NCBI GenBank assembly: GCA_965644295.1
Contig: CBFFRP010000294.1
Span: 31,594 to 95,593 of the forward strand
Length of the DNA stretch: 64,000 bases
Origin: Paraphysomonas bandaiensis
Lineage: Eukaryota > Protista > Chrysophyceae
Reading direction: 5' to 3'
Position numbers and translations under genes: made by a program. Below the pieces are notes generated by a model that saw only the letters and a program-made list of their open reading frames with translations, searched no databases and was not told the origin of the DNA. This document shows positions 52,629 to 64,000 of the stretch, piece after piece; the first letter of the stretch is position 1; the number at the start of each line of letters is the position of its first letter.

Positions 52629-53287
52629 GTATATTTCAAAACCATAGTACATTGTGACTCATGGTATATTGTACTGGTTTGCTGTTAAATTCTTGTCTCG
52701 CATTGCCATGTTCGAAGCAAGTCAATCCAAGCTCCGTGCACAACTCACTGCCAGCTATAACGTTTATCGTTATGTAGTATAGCAGGAAAAATAAAGTATT
52801 AATCATTATATGAAATACCAGTCACTTAGTCTTTCAGCTAATTGGAGTACCTGGCTGCTGGCTGCTACATAACGACAGTGGTGAAAAGAGTGTAGAGTTT
52901 AGACAATTAATAATGCTCTCTGACGCCAAACTATTAATTAAAAAGCTGTGCTACCATATAAAGAACCCTCTCCTAGTTTTTCCGTAAACTTTAAATTCTA
53001 TCTTTGCGGAGCACGGAGCAAACTTTCAATCAACCTTCAAGAACTAATCTTGGTCCGTATACTACACGTAATGGTTATGACTTTACCTCCTCTCTTGTAA
53101 CAATTATTCGTTGTTCTAAACACTCTAGTTTGCTAAATATAAAATACTAACCAAAGATAAGGTACCATATAAACCGATATTATGATTAGAAACTAATTGA
53201 CAATATTTGTACTTATATCACATCGTGGCTAGTATCCTATGAACACTTAACATTTGCTCACAGCACGAGGCAAAAATAACAACACGA

Positions 53288-54456
53288 CTATTCCTGTAGC
53301 TCCTCACCAGCCAGCAACTCACGAATTTTCAACTTCTTCGTTCCATTTAAATACTTCGGAAATTTGACGTGAAATCGAATAATCAAATCTCCCTTTTGCC
53401 CTGGGCTTTTCGAAATAGGCATTCCTTCGCCTGGTGTGACAACATAGAATTATTGGGATATCATATCTGCGTACTGCTGGTTTACCTTGTATCCGCTTCT
53501 CGTAATAGGGAGAGACAACTTCTGGACAAGCAAAGGAGAGCAAGCGATTATCAAGCGTGGGCACTTGCAAAGAGCAGTCAGACAGGGCATCGGCTAAGCT
53601 GATCTGATAGGTGTAGATAAGGTGATTTCCGTCCCGTACATAGCCGAGCTTAGGGTCTGGCTGTTCATGAATAACAAAGACAATATCCGGTGTCGTCGCG
53701 TCCAAGCTCTCGTCACCTTCGGCTGGAAAAGTAATTTTTGTACCTGCTTTCCACCCAGGCTTAATAGTAATCGTTAAGATCTTTGTGCTGTCTACAAGCT
53801 CCTTTTCAGCATTAAACCTTTTCCGCTTCACACTGAATGTTTTAGTACAGCCATTGTACAACTCTGTCAGAGAGCAGAACACTTTCCGAACTTCGGGTTC
53901 AGATATTTTAGGGCCAGGTTTATTTAATCTAGATGCAAATGGCATCGAGGCGGAGCCAAATCCAAACGTAGCAAAGGGATTAGACGTACCGAAAAAGTTC
54001 TCAAATATTTCCTGGGCATTCCCTCTATAATTGTAGCCAGGGCGACTCCCTATGCACAAGTCACTCAACAACAACACTGACACTAAATATACCTCCAGCA
54101 GGGTCAGGAATACCATCTCTCAGTGCTTCATAACCATACTGATCATATATTGCTCGCTTTTCAGGGTCACTTAACACGTCATATGCTTCTCCAATTTCTT
54201 GAAACTTCTTCGCTGCTTCTTCCTAATCACGACAACATTAGATGAAATTCTCATGACACAGTAAGCTTACTGGAATATCAGGATTTTTATCAGGATGCCA
54301 CTTCATTGCCAGCTTGCGATATCTGATAAAATATTAGATAATATCTATGGAGTGTGTGCGCAAATCTTACGCTTTCTTGATTTCAGCATCTGTACTAACT
54401 TTTGGCACCTGAAGAATGTCATAATAATTAGGCACAACACTGTCTGCTTCCGTCAT
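53288..54456 (-). CDS. Type II Hsp40 (DNAJB family, DNAJB13/RSP16-like)
   Basis: J-domain '[14 protein letters not shown]' and C-terminal '[10 protein letters not shown]', '[13 protein letters not shown]', 'GEGMP' and 'GDLII.F...FP'; several introns. Confidence 0.85.
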
Positions 54457-55138
54457 GTTTCAAATCAGTTGCAGCACCGAAGTAAAGTGATAAGATGGTC
54501 GACTTTAACGGTGTTTCAACAAATAGACAATGAGTGATATGAATTATAAGTGTATATATATATGAACCAGTCCTCAATTGTGCAACCGTCAATTATGGGA
54601 CTACTGTAGCCTGTATATTATGGAACTGTAATCCGTTTAAAACTCCTGTTACGGCAGTACATACGTAGTATGCATACTGGTATACTATACCAACAAAGAT
54701 GCATATAGAGTGCAGCAGTATCCGAATGCATGTCCTAGATATCATCTGAGCATGCACAGACGTGCAAAGCAATAATAGAACCACAATACATGTACAATAA
54801 CGAGTTTGCATTCAATTCAACCCCCACAGCACTATTATTAGGATAGATTTTTGTTCTTATTATTAGTTACTGATGTGTGTTAGTGAGGCCCTATATACAT
54901 ATATACTGCTGAAACGTAGTACACAGTGAGAACCAACATCGAGTGTATAGCTGAACGGAAGATAGTGAGCATTCATCTATTCCTACTTGGAGTAGATTTC
55001 TTTGTGTCTCTCAATGTAATGAAAAGGTGTTATATATGCATACTGTATACAATGTAACGGCACCGTACAAGTGAATCGTAGTTATATAGCATTGATATAA
55101 AATACTATAGTCATTGTCCTTTACTATCATACTAATAT

Positions 55139-55651
55139 AGGAAAGTCTGATTATTACATGAGAACGGTTGTGTACAGAAACTAGTTTATATCTATAGACT
55201 AACTACAGTAATAACTAGATTTGCTAGATACTACTAGTGGCGGGCAACCGTCCCTTGTATTGAGGTTAGTCGGGGGGTCTACCTTTGGGCAATGTGTCTG
55301 GCGGGCCTGTGCCATGGATTATGTGAGGGGTGGATGAGGCGAGATGTATATGAGAGTGTAAGTCGGTGGTGGAGATGGTGCTGGTTGTTGAGGTGGGGTT
55401 TCGGCCACAAGTAAGGAGGAGTTGTTTCCGGAGTGGTTGCGCTTGCCTCTGTCGGGTCTGGACTCTTGCAGAGAGTGTAGTTCTTGGGGTGGATGTCGCC
55501 TGGAGTAGTTGGAGTATTTTTGTTGTCGGGTGAGTATCCTGGGACTGGCGTTGCTGTGAATGTGTCGTGACCGGTGTCGCCGGTGCCGTGTCTGCATTGT
55601 GGTGTCTGAATCCCCTATTGCGAAGCATGCGGAGCCCTCCATCATATAGGG
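55139..55651 (-). mobile_element. 513-bp insertion flanked by an 18-bp direct repeat; probable 5'-truncated non-LTR retroelement fragment
   Basis: TTACTATCATACTAATAT at 55121-55138 and 55652-55669. The GC-richer interior has an ORF that is open from the insertion boundary and ends in ...PPD*. Confidence 0.6.
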
Positions 55652-56670
55652 TTACTATCATACTAATATTATCACACTGATGCCCAATCATGTGTGTTAA
55701 TAGTTCATAGTCACTATTCATGACTTTGTACTCTTCCTTGTTTAATATCCAAAATAAAGATAGCAGAATCAATGATGTCAAGTAGCTCTAAAATATAGTA
55801 GTTGTTGTAAATGTACCCTATAGTTTCACCAAGCTCAAAGCGATGATGCCCAGAAAGCTCCTTTAAACCTAAACAGTTTTTACTACAAATGGAATAGTCT
55901 CTTCGAGGTGTAGCTGTCCAGTAATTCTAGCAGAGCCATTTCTATGCTGCATCCCATATATGTAACAGCATATACTTTTTTACTAATTGAAACCCGGCAA
56001 TCGATGCCTATACAAACTATACCATCATCTCAACTATACCAAAATTTATAGATTTTGCTCTCATACACATGTCTTACCGCCCTTTCGTTTGGTCACGTTT
56101 CTCAATATTGGAGCATACAAGCGTTACAGCTATATAACTACACCCAGATTGGTGTTTATTTAATCACCTTTAGCAAGTATAATACAATCTTCAGCTCATT
56201 ACTATTCAATCACAACTCCTTTCATAAATATAGATAGATATATAATATATAGTATGTTCGTATGTTCACATAAATGTACTTTTGCGAAATACGTTGTTGG
56301 AATATTTAATGCAACTGAATCTTTTATATCTAATGAGCTAAAATATCTACCGACTTATCTATTCGCTACTGTAGTGACAGAGTCAATGTTCAATATCTAT
56401 AGGAAGTTACTTTGACACGAGAAGCTCAAAGGAGTATTGAACATATGTTGTTAATGACTGCATGGAATAGTGATTTCTAATATTACAACAATTATTTCGG
56501 CGCGCACTACGATCTAGTCACATGACGCAGCGACTTTTCTGCACTGGTGAAGTATAGATGCAGGCACAAAAGAGTGTCATTTATCCTCATATTATACACC
56601 TATCAAATACCGCCATAAAATGAGCTACGCTAAAAACTGATTAAACGACATGTATATCACAGTCACAAGT

Positions 56671-57789
56671 TCAAAATCTCATTCGCGTTAAGTCTTGAGC
56701 CCATGTGATACCGGCATCATCTTTCTTACTTTCACAATATGTATGAAACGCCGTCATGGCCAGCCTCAGAGCACTCATAAAACTTTTCTTTCTTCCATCG
56801 TGCCAGTAATGTACCGTCGATGATCCCAACTCGTATTCATAGTGTCGTTTAATCGCTTTGTGCGATATGAGTCGGAGTCTAAAGTGTACGGCATACGGAA
56901 TACTCGATGTTGACCGACCGTGAAAATAGCTTCTCGTCTTTCCGACATCGGGGGATATCAAAGGAAGCATATATGCGGCACCTAAGATGGCTTCGTGGAA
57001 AGTAGTCATGCTAGAGTTAACCATCACCTTGACTCGAGAATCTTGAATTGGTCTCAGCAGCTCTCTAGACATATAAAGTAAGTTAAAATCAAACGGACTC
57101 GACAGGAGCCATTCAAGTTCAATAAAGTTTCTTCTACTTAAGTCGCCTTGCACAATGAATAGAGGTTTCACGTCGCATTTTGGCTCCGCAGCAGGTATAG
57201 GCATGAGTGCGGGAGAAAAGTGGCGTTCAGTGAGTTTATATACAGTACTTGAATTCGACGCAACATAAGCGTTTTTCCACGGAATGAGATTCCCGTCGAA
57301 TCCCCCGCCCCCAGCATATGGAGTGGGGTGGTGGAGAATAAACAAATAACCCTCTCTGTTGGCATATGATTCCAGACACTTGTCAACACCTTTGAGATTG
57401 GCGACAGTAACGCTCACACGGAGCCAAAACTTAGGATGGAACTCGTCACTATGGCAGAGTAACAAGCTTTTGTTTCTTCCAGCAAGTGGCTCGTACCAAT
57501 CCATATCTTCTAATCTATAACGTAAATTCTTCAATTTACCTACTGGCACATATTTCGCCCAAAAGTCATCTAATCCAACCTCTCTGGCAAACTCTTTGTT
57601 GATAACAAATACAATGTTTTTATCTGGATACAGCCGGAGGACTAATCCAGCAACACTATAAAATACTTCTGCATGATAGGGATGTCCACCATGATCCAGA
57701 AACACTACATGCTCTTCCTCTGATGCATGTGTAGTGAGGGTAGAGACAAGGAATAAATACAATACAAGATATTTCACAATAGTCTGCAT
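56671..57789 (-). CDS. Secreted or membrane-anchored glycosyltransferase-like (GT-B-like) hypothetical protein
   Basis: Intronless 372-aa ORF with an N-terminal hydrophobic segment; 'FIVQG...RRNF' and 'YMLPLI......Y....STSSIPYA' resemble GT-B C-terminal motifs. Confidence 0.5.
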   Translation of the reverse strand: MQTIVKYLVLYLFLVSTLTTHASEEEHVVFLDHGGHPYHAEVFYSVAGLVLRLYPDKNIVFVINKEFAREVGLDDFWAKYVPVGKLKNLRYRLEDMDWYEPLAGRNKSLLLCHSDEFHPKFWLRVSVTVANLKGVDKCLESYANREGYLFILHHPTPYAGGGGFDGNLIPWKNAYVASNSSTVYKLTERHFSPALMPIPAAEPKCDVKPLFIVQGDLSRRNFIELEWLLSSPFDFNLLYMSRELLRPIQDSRVKVMVNSSMTTFHEAILGAAYMLPLISPDVGKTRSYFHGRSTSSIPYAVHFRLRLISHKAIKRHYEYELGSSTVHYWHDGRKKSFMSALRLAMTAFHTYCESKKDDAGITWAQDLTRMRF

Positions 57790-58298
57790 ATATAGATTGA
57801 TTTGGTGCTGGAGGAGAAGTATAGATAAGTAGTAGTGATCTGATTATATATATCTACACTGCAGGACCATCTCTGCTGTGATGTGTCCGTGCACTGAACT
57901 CCCTTGGCCACTATCTACATATATAATATACCACACCTTCAGTGCTAAGAGTACGATACCAATATACAGCAGTTGACACACACTAAAAAGTTGAATTTTA
58001 ATGATATTCCAGTGCATAGATAAACAAAACCAATAGTTTTTACAATGAAAGTGACATATTTGACTGACTTCCCATATTTGGTGGCTTTTGCAGTGCTGAT
58101 ATATTGAAAATCAACAAAAATGGGCGACGTGATGTGCCATGCTGTGTTACTGTGTGTCTAAATGCACAGCAGCAGCATATATATAGTCATGGCATACCAC
58201 ACTGCAGAGTTAATCCATAGTTGAGCTACAACATTGCAATAATAGATTTCAACATTAATTTGTTTTGATTTCGTTCAGACTATTTTCATACTCAAATA

Positions 58299-59124
58299 AT
58301 GTCAGAGGTATTCTAATATACCGTGCTGATTAGCTTTCGTGTACTGACTCTGTGGCAGGTGCTGGTCCCGTATATCAATTGTCTGCTTGTGCTGGATGGG
58401 GATGGTGATCGTATAATTGCCAAGTACTATTCAGAAAAGTCGAAGGCAGATCAAACAAAATTTGAGAGTACATTACATAAAAAAACAAAGTCGCTTTCTT
58501 TTAGATCGGATGGTTCGTTTATGTGTAGTTGCAATTGATTATACGTTAACCACACTGGTTGTTTAGCTGAAATTATTCTCCTCGAACAAGAACTCGTTGT
58601 CATAAAGGGTACCTCTGATTGCCGCATAATTATTAGTGGATCCATTGATGAGGTATTGATTTTGATATTCGTGACTGTTTTGCTGAAATTTATACATCAG
58701 AACGAGTTGGTGCTAGTGAGTGTGTTGGATGCTATCCACGACACTGTGTTAGCCCTCCTTCGTGGTCAATTAGACAAGCGTACTATGCTAGATAATCTTG
58801 AACTTGTTCTACTGACTATTGACGAAGTGGTGAGTCATTCAAGTGTCCGTTTCATTGGGTGTTTATTGCCTTGTTGCAGATTGATAATGGACAGATCATG
58901 GAACTGGATGCATGCGCGGTTGCGACGCGAGTATTGATGAAAGGATCAGCTGAATTAAACGTGGGAGGGGGGAGTTCGGTGAGTAGTGGTACAAATTGGA
59001 GTATGTTTCCTTTTGTTAATATCTATGGCAGACCAATGCTGGCAACACTGGAGACATGACTATCGCTCAAGCTCTTGGACTCGCTAGAAACCAATTCATT
59101 AAGTCTTTAACATCTGGAAACTAG
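58299..59124 (+). CDS. COPZ: Coatomer subunit zeta
   Basis: 'LLVLDGDGDRIIAKYY', 'FE..L.KKT', 'ENEL.L', 'LRGQLDKRTMLDNL..VLL.IDE..D.G.I.E.D'; multi-exon. Confidence 0.9.
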
Positions 59125-59711
59125 TGAATTAGGTACTAGAAATACGAGTCGGCTTGTAATTGTACTACTCTTAGGTGGTGAGTACGATATCAGTGGGCAT
59201 ATCTCCGTCGATTAGCTAGTGGATGTGGTTTCAGTCGTAATATTTTGGTAGATAGATTTATAATGAAGCAGAAATATAATGATATTACGTATATAGAAGC
59301 AGTTGATGTGACACTACCTTCTTGTTGATATCAATAAATATTAATTTGGCGCACTCTTCATCATCAAAAAAAAGTGATAAAGTGATAATGAATTACTTCG
59401 TAATATACGCTGCTTGTGATTCAAATTTTCTTGGTGTGGAATGAAGACATACTTTTATTTAGAGAAATGTGCCCGAGGTGGGATGAGACGATAGGAAAAA
59501 TATATTGCAATACTATTGTTAGATAGCGTTCCATCAATAGTATTGATGGAGTTTTTAAACCGGCCCTACAATACTATTGCAATTTATTTTACAATATATT
59601 GCCATATACTAGTATGACTATTCAGTAAGTAAACACATCCGTATTTTCCATTTTTAGTACTTGTCATCATAAGGTCTAAGGTCGCTTGATAATCAAACCC
59701 ACTACTCCTAA

Positions 59712-59860
59712 CTAATTAAAAGTGTCCTCAAACTCATACTCTGAGCCATCATCGGTGATATCATCATCCAATATTAATAGAAACATGCTTCCATCCGGCC
59801 ACAACTGTCGGTTAACTTTCAGAAACAACAGCATATTATGTGTAGTAGGATGCATTCGTC
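59712..59860 (-). pseudogene. hAT transposase C-terminal remnant
   Basis: 'RMHP....MLLFLKVNRQLW' parallels 'SMTP...LLMFLRVNRRLW' in the 23105-23293 hAT fragment. Confidence 0.55.
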
Positions 59861-60670
59861 CGATGATAGTGTTGTATGTGTACAATTTACAATGTACATT
59901 GTACAAATACTTGCTCTTACGTTCTGTATATGTACTACAATTATTAACTGACTCAATACTAGCTGGGGGAGAATTAGTTAGGTTGAATAACAAGTATAGA
60001 TTGGATACGATCACGACAAAAGACGAGTATTTGAACTATATGGAACTGACTGTCCAATTGAAAAATGCAAGCTTGCCTTCTCCGCACTCCAAACTTACAT
60101 GACATGCTTCATCACGCCTTTTCCCTTTCTGTGCTTAATAATTCAACTGTACATAGCCCTCTGTTAATTAGATGGGCATACTCTCTCTCATTCATTTCGA
60201 CAGTTTTGACCTTCATGAAGGCTAAGGGAGAGTGGAGCTACACTATTCCATGCACATATACAGTACGTCTTCGCGAGGTACAGATCTGTGAATGCCTACT
60301 GTTGCATCATAGAGTTGGGAAGTGTTTTGGACAGATATCCATAAGCAGTTGATTATCACAACCAACAAGATATCCGGATATATGGGATTTTCCAGCCTAA
60401 ACTTATCAGAAAATCTGAAATTAGATGTTATTTGTTAGGTGAATAGTGTGTACAGAGTTGTACAGCTATTCCTATACAGCTACAGTATTCTCATATAGAA
60501 ACAAGACATATTTCAAAAATAATCGTGCATAAACCTTGCTGTCAATGCAGTTCCAAGACAGCAGGACGCTCGGAATGAGATTCTGGTATTTATAGAGACT
60601 GTTTAAGCAGTTTTCTTTGTGTTGTGATTTCCTTTGAGCTTGTTTATCATTTGATCGTATAGTTTTAATC

Positions 60671-63600
60671 ATGGAAAGTGAAGATGTTCCTCTTCTGGAT
60701 GAAATTAATGAGTTACTTGTGAAAGAAAGAACCCTTATGGGTCTTAAGGTGATTGAACAGCACGTTGAGGCAGAAGAATGGAAACAAAAATATGAAACTT
60801 TAGTGAATGAGATATCAAAAAATTCAAAAGGGTTTGAAAATGTTTCTGCTTATGAGCTTGCTGCCGATATTGCCTCCGCCAAGAGTAATTGGCATGGGGA
60901 TGTGGACAGGATACTTCATACACAACCCACATCTCAGTATCCATGGTGTCTAGATTTATCAGGAATTTCACTCGATAGTATACACTTGAAAAAAATTCTA
61001 AACTTTCCGAAATCACACAACTACGATGGTGTATCAGTGCTGAGGCTACATAACTGTGAGCTTAATGATGGAGATGCCGAGTTGCTGGTATCACTATTGA
61101 GTTTACGACAGCTAGAGTGTCTTGATCTGTCTCATAACAACCTTGGTCGACGCTATCAAGAACTACTTCTGAGGAGCATGGAGGTGTGTGTACTGATATA
61201 TACTGGTTTTGAAAAACTTATGACGATGACATGACAGAAACGACGCTTGAAACTCCAGTACCTACTCTTACATGGAAATATGCCGCTGTCCGAATGCTCC
61301 CTGGAAAATATGCTGCATCATCTGTCGAGTCATACTTGGGGACTCACTGTGACTCTTGCAGATTTCACAAGTGACATGTCAAAGCATAAAGGCAGACCAA
61401 CGTCCGTATCCAGGTGTGTGGGAAATACATCTCCTTGCATGCTCTACGTTTTTATGTTCTGGGATAGTAACTTTGCCTGTCTATTTAGGAGCAAGAAGTC
61501 AGGCAGCCAACGTAATGACGATGTCAAAGATTCTTCTGTCCATCCTTATTTGTGCACACGATTTTTGAAGCATCTCAACTACGTTTTAGGCCCACATGAT
61601 ACCCACAAGCGCAACCGCAATGCTAAATCTGTGGAGAATATATCAAAGGCTCAGAAATCGAAGAAGTCTGCAGCGGAACCGGAGAAGGAGGTTGTCCCTC
61701 AGGTCCACCGAGGAGCTGGGGGAACGGCTGGGGGGCCACAGTTGATGTCTGTTCTTGGTCTGTCTCATGCTGCCTTGTGTAGGGAATCGATAAAGCAGTT
61801 GAAGGTAGGATGACAATATTCACTGTATGGTAGTAGCGTTCGTTAAGTATGAAGATAGATAGACGTCTGCATGTGCATACGAATATGCGATACCCACTTC
61901 GCACTAATTACCATTTTTTTCATGTGTCGATAGTCATGCACAACCGTAGAAATGCAGTGATTATATGGGCTGATATATGGTTAGGTGACACTAGACATCA
62001 CGGTGGGGTCACTAACTGATCTCGATCTTTCCCACTCTTTTATCGGAATTCGTGGGGCTGAAATGATTGGACAAGCGCTGATGCACCCTGTATGTCAGTT
62101 GATCCGTCTCAACTTAGCTGGGAATGCAATAGGTGATCGAGGTGTGAGTCAGGGTTTGGTGAACTCTCTAAAGTCTTCTCTGACCTTAACGTATCTCAAC
62201 GTACAATCCAATGATATCACCAACACAGGTGTGATTGCACTCTCGATGTGTTTGCTACGTAAACAGACTTTACGCAAACTCCTTGTTGAGGGCAATCCAA
62301 TATCACCAGATGTAGCATTGGAGTGCCAACGAAATCTCGTGAGAAGTGGCGCTCAGGTATTGCTGTTGTGGACTAGTGAACTGACAATTGTTTCAAGTGA
62401 AACTACAGAGAGCCAAGGAAGTATATTAAGTAAGACCGAAATGTGAGTACTTCATCCTATTCTTCATTAAACGTTTTTTGATTACGTATATGACATGCTG
62501 GAATTATTCTCTATAGGTGTAATAACGGAGCTGCTCCAACCCAGTCTGACTCAATTTTGAGTTGTTTGTTTGCTCTCCCTGGTCAAGTTACCGTACCTAT
62601 CGACACAATTACTCGCTCAGCTCTGTTGTATTCAGTCTCTTCTCGTCATTTTCGACCATTTTCTCGACAGTTTACTGACATGAAAGATACAGAGACCTCT
62701 TCCCCAATGGAGCTAGGTGGGGCTGACGAGAGCGGTACCGTTGTGATCAGATGGAACATGGGGTTGGGGGAGCAGGGATCACGGTCAGATCGAAGTAAAT
62801 GTCGTTTGTCTTGGGAGGTTCGATGCCGCGATGCACAGAGTCGAGTTTTGGCCAGCCAGCCTCTTCTTCCTGGGGCGTGCTTACCTCCTGGTAAAAGGAC
62901 TCGTTGCTCTGTTACCATTCCTTGCCCACCAATGCAGAGTATAATCGAAGTGTGGGTTCACGTAGTGTCGTCGGATACTTTAATTGGGTCGAGTGCTGAT
63001 GGATCTGGATTAGTTGTCGAGGGATCAAGGTTCGAAGCATTGCGTTCGCATGTACATTCTTTAAAACCTTCTCATGACAACGAGCAAGGTGCAGCAGATG
63101 CAAGAATGGTGTTTGCGGGTGGAGATTCATTGATGTGGAGTGGAAACTGTAATCGTCTGTTATCAGAACGCGTTGGACTGGAAGACACTAATGCGGCACA
63201 AGGTATCCCCGAAGGGTACAACATTGATAGAAAGTTCCAATGGGTTGGTCAGCCATCTGCCACGTGTTCTATCCGTTTCAAAGCCAGACTTACCGCAACC
63301 TGGAAAGTTGGGACACATGGAGCGTCTAGTTCTGGTTGGCGAATGACTAACGGGGATACGATTGGGTATCGGTGGTCTGTATTGCGGTGTCGACACGGCT
63401 CTGGAGAGTATGAAGAGGTGGGTTTTGGTTCAATCGATACTGCAGATGACGAGGAAGGGACTCAACAAGAGCAGGTCGTGACCCGCCTTTTGGCTCCCTG
63501 GACATGGCGAGAGTGGTCTGTCGAAGTAGACAACTTAGGAATGAATGATTTCTTTTTACTATGTTCATGTCTTAAAAATCCGTCCGAATCAAAGGAATTA

Positions 63601-63753
63601 GCCGAGCGCTGTTCGGTCGGTATCCAAGAATGTGGCATCTTTCTCCCAGCTGATTCATATGTTGGATGGGAGGGTCTTATGAGCGAGGGTACGATGAATC
63701 CGACGGTGGTGTACAGTTCTTTTAACGATCAAGGGTTACAAATTGCTCTGTAG
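60671..63753 (+). CDS. Leucine-rich repeat (RNI-like) protein, multi-exon
   Basis: 'LECLDLSHNNLG', 'LTDLDLSHSFIG', 'LIRLNLAGNAIGDRG' and 'LTYLNVQSNDITNTG' LRRs; N-terminal coiled coil; C-terminal region unassigned. Confidence 0.8.
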
Positions 63754-64000
63754 TACATGTGTGTATTTTGGGTTTTCAGGTTTATTGTATACTGTGAGAC
63801 TGTCTGTTGGAAACTACGAGCTGCTAATAATTATTGCAACCTTGTAGTACATGGCTAAGTGGTTCCAGCCACTTTGCTATGTAACAACAATAGCTACTGC
63901 CGTACTTGTACACATACACGAACCAATTTCTATAAAAAAATCACGCTACGAAAATAACAATTAAACTAAACAATGACAATTATACAAAAATTGAGTATGG

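Noticed and set aside
59950-60660. Possible small minus-strand gene divergent from the LRR gene
   Set aside because: Only short frames, with no recognisable motif or convincing exon chain.
1-64000. tRNA, rRNA or snRNA genes
   Set aside because: None were recognised by eye; tRNAscan-SE and Infernal would be needed to exclude them.

Overview
A gene-dense eukaryotic window with short spliceosomal (GT-AG) introns. It is probably from a flagellated, bacterivorous stramenopile or similar protist (inferred from gene content, not proven). About 23 host genes are present, and many form head-to-head pairs separated by TA/ACAT-rich islands. They include a p25alpha-like protein, a repeat-motif protein that may bind microtubules, two DnaJ proteins, a MORN protein, a cAMP-receptor-like GPCR, an omega-type GST, an MBD4-like glycosylase, a TRIC channel, CNX1, an AIG1-like membrane protein, DHX37, a cytosolic carboxypeptidase, a PDHX-like protein, a NamZ-like muramidase, an eIF4B-like/W2 fusion, VPS29, a glycosyltransferase-like protein, zeta-COP and an LRR protein. 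The standout is a 3.5-kb IS630/Tc1-type (DD34E) DNA transposon at 43404-46878. It has perfect 198-bp terminal inverted repeats (TIRs) and is inserted at a TA inside a (TACA)n microsatellite. It carries two convergent genes, each starting at the inner edge of a TIR: the transposase and an intron-containing cargo gene of unknown function, which has a possible SWIB- or SAP-like helical motif and a Pro/Tyr/Gln-rich tail. Also present are a decayed hAT transposase with a nested 116-bp MITE (8-bp target-site duplication, TSD), a 513-bp insertion flanked by an 18-bp TSD, and intronic minisatellites. All protein calls come from motif recognition by eye; no searches were run.
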